The notes under the pieces are model-generated. The model searched no databases. It saw nothing but the letters and a program-made list of their open reading frames with translations, and was not told the DNA's origin. A stretch of DNA of 64,000 bases from an uncultured bacterium. Lineage in GTDB: Bacteria; Zhuqueibacterota; QNDG01; DTFT01. Position 1 is the stretch's first letter. Every line of letters begins with the position of its first letter. The stretch is taken from assembly GCA_963736115.1 (NCBI GenBank), contig CAVTNR010000012.1, forward strand, positions 352,001 through 416,000, in the 5' to 3' direction. Of this stretch, positions 9,318-19,000 are shown piece after piece. The position numbers were made by a program, and so were the translations under genes.

Positions 9318-10310
9318 TCATGCTTCTCCCGTCTGGGGTGAACGGCCGTCCCGCATGGGAATCCGCGTGATGGTATACCCGGCATCCGGGTGAATGGTCC
9401 TCGTCCACCTGAACATTTTCGAAAACACAACTCCGGCCACGGGCAGACGTTTGAGGCCGTCCAGAATACGGGCGGCCGAACGGCTGTAGTCGAAAGGCGG
9501 CTTCGTGTAATCGTACGCGTGCATGTCCTGAAAACGGTCCTCGAATCCGAACCGCGTTACCAGCATGTCCGGATGCTGGGACTCAAAGGCTTCGATCATC
9601 CGCCGCTTCATCCGGAGCTGTTCTTCCGTCATGGCCAGGCGGTACACGGGATCCGGACGCACCGGCTCCGGCGGATAGCCGGTTGCGGTGAAAGGGACGA
9701 ACCGGATCAGGCCGGACAGGATCTTCTCCGGAGTCGTGCGGAACGACAGATAAAAATTGTATTCCGGCGATTCGAACACGCGTCCCTTGAATCCGGAACT
9801 GCGGACGGCCTCGGCTGTCATGTAATTCACGACATCGTGCTGATAATGACCGCCTTCGTACAGCGGTATAAAAATCGTTTCCGGTTTACGGTTCCGGATT
9901 TCCGCTTCGATTATCCCGATGCAGGCGTCGATTTCCTCCCTTGCGGTCAGGCCGGTCAGGGAAGAATACTCCAGAAACCGGATGTCTGTCTCTTTCACGC
10001 CGGCCAGAGCCCAGGCGGCCAGGGCCTCGGACCGTCTTGCAGGAGTCCCATTCTCCATTCCGTCGGTCACATAAAGGACGCGAACGTTTCCGCCTTTCTC
10101 TTTCGTCTGCAGGCCGTAACCGCCGGCAATGGCCACGCAATCATCCTGATGGGGCGCGATGATGAGGATGTCTTCTCCGCCTGCCTCGATCGGCCTGAAC
10201 CGGCGCTTCCGCAACCGGGTCCGCACCCACAGCAGGAAAGCTGCAACCATAATCGCGGCATAAAGAACCGCGAGGATAATGAGAACCGTCCAGAGCATCC
10301 GGAGTATCAT
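9318..10310 (-). CDS. Membrane-anchored PIG-L/LmbE family deacetylase
   Basis: N-terminal TM helix; APHQDD, YVTDG, RRSEA, GGHYQH and K..MI.AFESQ motifs. Confidence 0.85.
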   Translation of the reverse strand: MILRMLWTVLIILAVLYAAIMVAAFLLWVRTRLRKRRFRPIEAGGEDILIIAPHQDDCVAIAGGYGLQTKEKGGNVRVLYVTDGMENGTPARRSEALAAWALAGVKETDIRFLEYSSLTGLTAREEIDACIGIIEAEIRNRKPETIFIPLYEGGHYQHDVVNYMTAEAVRSSGFKGRVFESPEYNFYLSFRTTPEKILSGLIRFVPFTATGYPPEPVRPDPVYRLAMTEEQLRMKRRMIEAFESQHPDMLVTRFGFEDRFQDMHAYDYTKPPFDYSRSAARILDGLKRLPVAGVVFSKMFRWTRTIHPDAGYTITRIPMRDGRSPQTGEA

Positions 10311-10326
10311 ATTCCAAAAATGCCAA

Positions 10327-13089
10327 TCACTGCATTTTCACCATCTTGATTGTCCGGACGCGTCCGCCGGACTCCAGACGGCAGACATAGACGCCTGCCG
10401 CAGTCTCAAGCCCGGAATCGTCCCGGCCGTCCCAGTCCGCGCTGTATAAACCGGCCGACCGCCAGCCCTGGACCAGCTCCCGGACACGCCGGCCCCGCAC
10501 GTCGAATACCGTCAAACCCGCATCGCCCGGTTTGTCCAGCCGGTAATGAACCGAAGTCCCCGGGTTGAACGGGTTCGGATAATTCCAATCCAGACCGAAT
10601 CCCCGAGGAACCGCACCCCTATCCCCGACTCCGGAAACCAGCGTCTCCGGGAGCCGCATCTCCCGCTCGTTCAGGGCGAAACGCTCCCACACCACGGTCC
10701 CGCCCTCGTCCGTGCAGCGGAACCTCAGATTCAGGAACACACCCGTCTCGTTCACCGGACGCGCCCCGTACAGCGCGATCTTCCACAAACCGTCCGACGG
10801 GCCATGCCATTCCGTCTGATAATCCTGCGTCAGTTCCGTTGTCTCCAAGCCTTCGAATGTCACGCCCGATCCTTCCAGCCGGAACCACACGTCCGCGGCC
10901 AGTAGACCCGAGTTCGCCTCCACGGTCAGCGGGACCTCCACGATTCCTTCGGACGCAACCGCCCCGATCCCCGACGGCGCGGCCGCGCTGCCTGCGCCGG
11001 ACTTCACCGGGCCGGGCGTCGAACCCCAGTTCCCGCTGACATCCCCGATCACCCGTCCGGCGAAATCCCGGCCGAACAGGGGTTCGGTCATGACCGGAAT
11101 GGACAGGCTGTCCGGGCTGAAAACCCATTCCCCCACAAACGACAGGCCCTGGTCCGTCAGGCCGACGGCGTGTCGCGCGATCAGGGCCGCGTCCAGGACA
11201 CTCAGCGTGTCGTCCCGGTCCGCGTCCGCTCCGTTCCTTCTCGCCGCTCCCATGGTGTCGAGCCCGACCAGGGCGCGGAGGACCAGGGCCGCGTCATAGG
11301 CCGTGATCACAGTATCCCGCACATCCTCACCCGCGTGTTTCACCGGAGTCAGGACGAGCTTCTCGGTGCCTGCGGGAACGGGATAAAAACGGTATCCGCC
11401 GTTTTCATCCGTTGTGTCCGAGACGGACATCCCGCCCGTCAGCCGCAGAACGGTACGTGAAACCGGCCGTCCGGACGGCGCTTGTCGGACCGCGCCTTCG
11501 ATGAAAAGATTCTCGTACCCGAGATCCGGATCGCCTTCCGTGACGGAAACGAACTGGCCCGGCGCGATGCCCGTCCACTTCTGCACGGTCCCGGCAGGCC
11601 AGTGGATGATCAGGCTGTCCACGACCGAAGCCGACCCGAGCCCGAAATGAACCCAGGTGCTGTTGGTCTTGTAACCCTCGCCGCCCAGCACCTGGCGCAT
11701 CTGCTTCTTTCCGTCCGCGACCAGGACAAGACGGCTGCCGACCGCGGAGCGGTTGCTGGTGACCCCGGTCAGGTGAAATTGGATCCACTGATTCGAAGAG
11801 AAGGCGCCGCTGGTGTTCCGGTACAGATGCCCCCCGCCCTTGGGATCGGAGGAATTGCTCCTGGCCATGTACACGTCCAAAAATCCGTCATGGTCGTAAT
11901 CCGCGACAGGCGCGGTCCAGTAATCCCAGAGGTCCTCGCGCAGGCCCGCGGACTCTGCAATTTCCGTGAACGTGCCGTCTCCGTTGTTCCGGTACAGCAG
12001 GAGTTCCATGGCCCACCGGGTGATCACCAGCAGGTCGACGTCTCCGTCATTGTCGAAATCGCCGGTGGACAAACCGCCGCCGAACACATTGTCGCTGACA
12101 TACTGGACGGTATGATTGACGCCCGCGGACGCGCCGACCTCGGTGAACCGGCCGTTCCCGTTGTTCCGGAAAAGCAACGCGGGCCTGAACGCGCGGCGGA
12201 CGTAGAGATCCCAATCCCCGTCGTTGTCATAATCGAAAAACACGGCGCCCACGAAATAGGTTTCGCCGTAAGTGGGAGCCGGAAAACCCCAGTCCCGAAA
12301 CCGGTCCTGCAGTCCGCCTTTTCCGTCGTTGATGAGCATGACGGAGGCTGCTTCGCGGCGCGGCACGAAAATGTCCTGATCCCCGTCCAGGTCCACGTCC
12401 GCCGTGGCGAATCCGTACAGGTCGCCGGGCGTGGCGAAGAGGGTGTTCAGACCCGCGTGGCCACGCTCAAAGGCCCACCGGCCCACGTTCATGTACGTGA
12501 CCACGAGCGGCAGTTCAGGCGGATACTCGGGCAGTCTGGAACAGGAGATGAAGAACAGATCCAGCAGACCGTTGTTGTCGAGATCGATGAACGAGACACC
12601 CCTCGCCCGGTAGGTATAAGCGCCGTCCAGCTGGCCCACATCCACGGCCGTGAACGTGTTGTTTCCGTCGTTATGGTACACGAGCGCCCTGTCGAAATTG
12701 CTCCCGCATGCGACCACCATGTCCATGGCGCCGTCATTGTCATAGTCCGCGGCCGCGAATCCCTGCGCGGACTGGGTGAGCAGGCCCTGGACCCCCGCCT
12801 GCCCGGCCACATCGATGAACCTTCCGTCCTTCTGATTCTCCAGCAGGGCGTGCGGAAACGATCTCCATGAGCCGATGCTGGAATTGTGCACGACAAAGAT
12901 GTCGTCCCATCCGTCCCCGTTGTAATCGAAAAATCCGGAACCATGCAGATTGACCCGCACAACGGAGTTCGTGGATTCACCCACGTCTTCGAACGTGATC
13001 TGTGCCCGGGTCTGCCCGAAAAGCATGGAAATAAATATTCCCAGCATAGCCGTCAACCAGGGCCTTCCGGAAATGAAGCGGGTGATCAT
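10327..13089 (-). CDS. Secreted FG-GAP + ASPIC/UnbV + dockerin-like + cohesin-like + FlgD-Ig protein (paralogue 2)
   Basis: Same architecture as 6578..9316; signal peptide ending near TRA-Q. Confidence 0.88.
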   Translation of the reverse strand: MITRFISGRPWLTAMLGIFISMLFGQTRAQITFEDVGESTNSVVRVNLHGSGFFDYNGDGWDDIFVVHNSSIGSWRSFPHALLENQKDGRFIDVAGQAGVQGLLTQSAQGFAAADYDNDGAMDMVVACGSNFDRALVYHNDGNNTFTAVDVGQLDGAYTYRARGVSFIDLDNNGLLDLFFISCSRLPEYPPELPLVVTYMNVGRWAFERGHAGLNTLFATPGDLYGFATADVDLDGDQDIFVPRREAASVMLINDGKGGLQDRFRDWGFPAPTYGETYFVGAVFFDYDNDGDWDLYVRRAFRPALLFRNNGNGRFTEVGASAGVNHTVQYVSDNVFGGGLSTGDFDNDGDVDLLVITRWAMELLLYRNNGDGTFTEIAESAGLREDLWDYWTAPVADYDHDGFLDVYMARSNSSDPKGGGHLYRNTSGAFSSNQWIQFHLTGVTSNRSAVGSRLVLVADGKKQMRQVLGGEGYKTNSTWVHFGLGSASVVDSLIIHWPAGTVQKWTGIAPGQFVSVTEGDPDLGYENLFIEGAVRQAPSGRPVSRTVLRLTGGMSVSDTTDENGGYRFYPVPAGTEKLVLTPVKHAGEDVRDTVITAYDAALVLRALVGLDTMGAARRNGADADRDDTLSVLDAALIARHAVGLTDQGLSFVGEWVFSPDSLSIPVMTEPLFGRDFAGRVIGDVSGNWGSTPGPVKSGAGSAAAPSGIGAVASEGIVEVPLTVEANSGLLAADVWFRLEGSGVTFEGLETTELTQDYQTEWHGPSDGLWKIALYGARPVNETGVFLNLRFRCTDEGGTVVWERFALNEREMRLPETLVSGVGDRGAVPRGFGLDWNYPNPFNPGTSVHYRLDKPGDAGLTVFDVRGRRVRELVQGWRSAGLYSADWDGRDDSGLETAAGVYVCRLESGGRVRTIKMVKMQ

Positions 13090-13120
13090 GACCGCTTTTC
13101 TTTAACGTAAGGCATTTTTA

Positions 13121-13149
13121 AATATACACCTTCTATATTAAAAAAACAA
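13121..13149 (-). promoter_or_regulatory. Putative sigma70-type internal promoter for paralogue 2 and downstream genes
   Basis: TTGTTT-N17-TATATT on the minus strand in an AT-rich intergenic gap (13090-13228). Confidence 0.45.
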
Positions 13150-13228
13150 ACAAACACCACTTAAATTGCGCTATGTTGTTGTTAAGTAATAACTTAATTC
13201 ATTTTTAAGACCGGATTCCCGGTTCAGT

Positions 13229-15990
13229 TCACTGTATTTTGATCATCTTGATCGTCCGGACGCGTCCACCGGATCCCAGGCGGCAGATGTACACACCCGC
13301 CGAAGCCTCAAGTCCGGACTCATCCCGGCCGTCCCAGTCCGCTCGGAATTCACCCGCGGGCCGCCATCCAGCCACCAGCTTCCGCACGCGCCGGCCCCGC
13401 ACATCATAAACCGTCAAACCCGCATCGCCCGGCTTGTCCAGCCGGTAATGAACCGAGGTCCCGGGATTGAACGGGTTCGGGTAATTCCAGCCCAAACCGA
13501 ATCCCGAAGGAACCGGCCTGCCGCTCCCCACGCCGGTCACAACCGTCGGCGCAAGCATCGTCTCCCGCTCGTTCAAGGCGAAACGCTCCCACACCACGGT
13601 CCCGCCATCATCCGTACAGCGGAACCTCAGCTTCAGGAACACGCCCGCCACTTTCACCGGACGGGATCCGTACAGGGCGATCTTCCACAGGCCGTCCGTG
13701 GGACCGCTGGTTTCCGTCTGATAGTCCTTCGTCAGCTCCGTTGTCTCAACGCTTTCGAATGTCAGGCCCGATCCCTCCAGCCGGAACCACCCGTCCGCGG
13801 CGAGAAGACCGGAGTTCGACTCCACAGTCAGTGGAACCTCCACCGCGTCTCCGGACAGAGGACCGCTGATCCGCGACGGCGCGGCCGCTTTCACAGAACC
13901 CGTTTTCCCGGGACTCAGCGGCACGCCCCAGTTCGCGCTGACATCGCCGATGACCCGGCATTGGAAATCCTGGCCGGTCACGGATCCGCTGAGGACCTCG
14001 ATGAAACGGACGGCCGGATCGAAGAGCCAGCCTCCTGCAAACGAAATTCCGTCAATGCGCCTGCCCACGGCATAACGCGCGATAAAAGCCGCGTCCAGCG
14101 CATTCACGTTTCCGTCGCGGTCCGCGTCCGCGGCAGCGGTCTCGTCCGAATCCAGCCTTTCCAGCCCCGCCACATGGCGAAGAACCAGTGACGCGTCATA
14201 GGCGGTGACTGTGTTGAAACCCACATCCTCGCCGACCGTTTTCAATGGCGTCAGCACCAGATCCCGGGTGCCGTCCAGAACCGTGGTGAAACGGAATGTG
14301 CCGTCCGGGCCTGTCGGGACAGCCGCGGCCATGCCGCCTGTCATGCGCAGGGTCGCGCGGTTGACGGGATACCCGGTCGGGTTGTGCCGTACACGCCCCT
14401 CCACGGATCCGGCCGCATATTCCGGTTCGGGGGCACCCTCGGTCACGGAAATGAAATGGCAGGCCGGGATGCTGTTCAGGCGCTGAACCGCCCCGCTCGG
14501 CCAGGTGATGGTCAGGTTGTCCACAGTGGATGCCGTCCCGAGTCCGAAATGGACCCAGGAGCTGTTGGTCATGTACCCCGCGCCGCCCAGCACCTGGCGC
14601 ATCTGCTTTTTTCCGCCCGCGGTCAGCAACAGCCGGCTCCCGACCGCGGACCGGTTGCTCGCCACACCGGTCAGGCGGATCTGGATCCACTTGTTGGCCG
14701 GGGTTCGAGCGCTGGTGTTCCGGTACAGGTGGCCTCCGCCCCTGGGATCGGAGGAATTGCTCCTCGCGAAATAAATATCCAGGAATCCGTCCCGGTCATA
14801 GTCCCCGACCGGCGCGCTCCAGTAATCGTAGAGATCCTCGCGCAGACCCGCGGATTCGGCGGTTTCCGTGAACGTGCCGTTCCCGTTGTTCCGGAAGAGC
14901 AGGAGCTCCATGCCCCACTCGGTGATCACGAGCAGATCCACGTCCCCGTCATTGTCGAAGTCGCCCGTGGAAAGGCCCCCGCCGAAACAGCTGTTGCCCG
15001 TGTACGGAACGGTCAGGCCGACACCGGCTGACGCGCCGACTTCCGTGAACCGTCCGGCGCCTGTGTTTCTGAAGAGCAGGGCCGGCCTGTAGGCGCGGCG
15101 TACGAACAGATCCCAGAAACCGTCATTGTCGAAATCCAGGAAAACCGCGCCCGTGTAATAGGTCTCGCCCGCGGAAGGGGACGGCAGTCCCCACGCGATG
15201 AACCGGTCCGTGAAGGACCCGCTCCCGTCGTTGATCAGCAACAGGGATTGCGTGTCGCGCCGCGGGACGAAAATGTCGGGGTCGCCGTCCAGGTCCACAT
15301 CCGCGACCGCGAACCCGTACAGGTCGCCGTCCGTCGCGAGCCAGGAGCCCAGCCCCGCGTTCCGTGCGGGTGAAGGAACCGTCTCCGTTGTTCCGGTACG
15401 CCACGCATGCGGGCAGTTCAGGCGTGTAATCCGGCGTCCGCGTGGAGCAGAAGAAGAACAGGTCCAGCCGGCCGTCATTGTCGATGTCAATGAACGCGAC
15501 ATTCCGGGCCCCGGTAGGTGTAATGCCCGGCCGTCAGCCCCGCGTCCGCGATCGCGTACGTGCCGTCGCCGCGATTGCGGTAGAGAAGCGCCTTGTCATT
15601 GTTGTTGCCGCATGCGATCATCAGGTCCGTGTGCCCGTCATTGTCGTAATCAGCGGCCGCGAATCCCTGCGCGGACTGGACCCACAGTCCCTGACAGCCG
15701 GCGGCTTCGGCGACGTCTTCAAACCGGTTGTTCCGCAGGTTCTTCAGCAGGGCGTTCGGAAAACTCCTCCAGGCGCCCAGGCTGGAATTGTGCACGACAT
15801 AGATGTCGTCCCACCCGTCTCCGTCGGCATCGAAAAATCCGGAGCCGTGCAGGTTGACCCGCACAATCGAGTTCGTGGATTCACCCGCATCCTGGAACGT
15901 GATCTGGGCCTGGGCCGGACGGAGAACCGGCAGGCACCCGATCCAGACCAGGGCCAGGATCCGGAATCCCGCGGGAACGCGGCGGTTCAC
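13229..15990 (-). pseudogene. Paralogue 3 of the FG-GAP/dockerin/cohesin/FlgD protein, interrupted by two +1 frameshifts (pseudogene or sequencing error)
   Basis: Removing one C at 15509-15512 and one C at 15362-15363 restores YTYRARNVAFIDIDNDGRLDLFF...GSFTRTNAGLGSWLATDGDLYGF, colinear with paralogue 2; GTG start at 15990. Confidence 0.85.
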
Positions 15991-16080
15991 GGTAATGGTT
16001 CCCGTCGTGAGTTGATCACCCGATACGCGCCTTCCTGACCGGGAAACCTGAAACGTCCTTCCGGTTTCCACCGGTCATTT

Positions 16081-19000
16081 CTATCTGATCTTGACCGCTT
16101 TCCGAAAGCTCGTCCTGTCCCCGGCCGTCATCCGGATCACATAGAGTCCGGACGGCGCCTCCATTCCGGATCCGTCCCTGCCGTCCCATTCAATCCTGAA
16201 TTCGCCCGCGCTTTTGCGTCCCTCGAACAGCACGGCCGTTTCCCTTCCGTACGCATCCAGGACGCGTATTGAAACCGGACCGGTCTTATCCAACCCGAAC
16301 AGGATGGTCACGGCCGGATTGAAAGGATTCGGGTAAACGGCGGACACTCCGAAAGACGAGGGCCCGGAGTTTCGCGCAGGACGCAATGCCGTGGTGTCAT
16401 GCGAGGTTGTGTCCGGCCGAATGATGCGGACAGCCGTGATGCCGCCCGCGGCCGGATGGTCGTCAAAGGCCAGTCCTGACCATTCGAGGCCGGAGCGCTC
16501 CGGGCCGTCCAATTTCGGCGCGAACCGCAGAATCATGAAGGGTCCGGAACGCGCCTTCGGCCGGCCGGAGTACAGGGCGGCGCGTATCCGTCCTTTCTCA
16601 GGTTCCCGGCAAGCCATCGCCAGGACGTCCATGGAATCAGCCTGTATCGCTTCAACGAATGAAACCGCGGACGTATCGTAATTGACTTCCAGGGACGCGG
16701 AACTGAAACCGAATCCGGCCGGAGCGGAAAGCGCCGCCTCCAGTACGACATCACCGGAATCCGCGGTCAACGCGTCCGGAAAGAGCCCGGCCGCGTCCAG
16801 AGAATCGGGCCGCCGGTTCCAGTTTCCGCTGGCATCTCCGATGACAATGGCCGTGTAATCCTCGGAATAATGGGACCGCCGCAGTTCCGGGTAAATCCGT
16901 TGATCCGGTATGAAACGCCATTCTCCGAGGGGGATGGTTGAGGCATCCGCGGACCCGACCGTCCATGCGGCGATCCGATCGGCATCCGCGGGCTCGATCA
17001 GGCCGTTGCCGTCCGCGTCCGCGGCCGTGCGCCGCTCCGCAGGGAGCGCGTCTCCGGACAAATGGCGCATCACTTCAGCCGCGTCCAATGCCGTGACCGC
17101 GGCCGCTCCGACGCCCTCCCATGCCGCCTTGAAAGGCAGCACTTCCAGGTCGGACACCCCGTATGGAAGGGGCGCCAGCTGATAGAAGCCGGCCGCGTCC
17201 GTTGCGACCGTGTCCGCCAGCGGGCCCCGGGCTTCGACCGAAACGCCGGCCACGGGGTCGCCTGTCCCCGCATAACGGCTGTTCCCCTGTATGGAGAGAT
17301 CCCGGCCGGTCACGACGGACCGTCCGGCCCGCACGGGGTTTTCGTTCAATATGAGCCCGGTCCATTCAATGACAGTCGGCGGAATGGGATACCGGAGCAT
17401 TCGGAACGAAACCGTAAACAGGGCTCCGGAGGCGGGAACGGGATCCTCCGAATAGAGCGCGACCCCAACCCGGCCGCGGACCGTCTCGGACGCAAGCACG
17501 CGGCAGCCGGCGGCTTCGGAAGACGGAATCGCGGAGAGGAAAGCCAGCGCCGTGGTGTCATACTCAAAGAAGCAATTCGCTGAGCGCAGGTCCGTCCGAT
17601 CCCCTGTTCCCACTGGAACCGCAACCGTCTGCTTGAAGCGTTCCGCCACGACCGAATCGGGGAAAACAACAGCCGCATCGGCTGTGTCTGCCTGCCGCCA
17701 TCCGTTTCCGCTCGCGTCCCCGGACAGAGCGGCCTCGAAATCCTGTCCGGTATGGGAATGGGTGATCGCGGAAAAGGTCCTGGACACGGGAGTGAAACGC
17801 CATTCGCCGATGGATGGAACGGATCCGCTCTCACATCCGGCTGAAAACGCCGCGACCAGGGCCGCATCCGTGGTATCGATGCGGCCGTCCGCATTGACGT
17901 CCGCGGCCGCCTGAAGCGCAAGGGGGAGCACGGCCGATCCGGCAGCATGCCGGAGGATGCATGCTGCGTCGAATGCGTTGACAGCTCCCGGCGGGACATC
18001 CGCGCCCGCGGGCTTGGACGGCGTTAAAACCAGGTTCGGTGCGCCGTACGGGATCCACCCGGTCCGGAAATCGCCCGACGCGCCTGTCACGGCGTCCGGA
18101 TTCAGAAGTCCGGCCGATCCGATCACCGCGCCGGAGACGCCAGTGGCGGTTCCGGCATAGGTGACCACGCCGGAGACAGTCAAGTCCACGCCGTTCACGG
18201 CCGTGGTCGCGGTTCCGTACCGGACCTCATTGAATGCGAGCCGTGTCCATGTCAGGGCCGACGCCGGTTCCGGGAACTGCAGCATGCGGAATTTCAGAGT
18301 CAGGAAAGCGGATCCAGGGGAAAGCGGCCGAGTGCCGTACAGAGCGAAGGCGAGCCGGCCGGGTGTCTCCGAATTCGTCACCAGATTGAAGTCTGAGATC
18401 GAAGACGCCTTGTCGGCCCGCACGAATTCAAGCGCGGACGAATTGGTTTCGAGCCGGATGTCGGCTGAATACGCGTTCTGGATATCCGGGACGTTCAGTG
18501 TGACATCAAACAGTCCGGTGTTTCGATACAACGCGACCGCTTCCGGGACGATGCCGCCGGATGCCGCGTCCGAAGGATCCGCTCCCCAATTGCCTGACGC
18601 GTCGCCTGAAAGCAAGGCGGTAAAGTCCTGTCCCGCAACGGAGGCGATGACATTCGAATAGCTCCGGCTGGCGGGCGAGAACCGCCATTCGGATATGCGG
18701 ACACCCGCGGCCGGCGCAAGGCCCGCAGAGACCCTGGCCGCGGCGGCCGCGTCCAAGCTGTTGATCGTTCCGTTTCCGTCCGCGTCCGCGGCCGCCTGCA
18801 GGGCCTGCGGGATGGCACTGCCCGCGGCGTGCCGGAGCATCAGAGCGGCGTCATACGCGGTCAGAACGCCTTCTTCAACCGGAACACCCCCGGTCTTTCC
18901 GGGACGGATAACCAGAGCGGGTTCATTGTACAGAATGGGCCTGAACGCGTATTCCCCTGTTGCGTCCGACCGGACGGAAACCGGGGGGCCGTCTCTCCGG

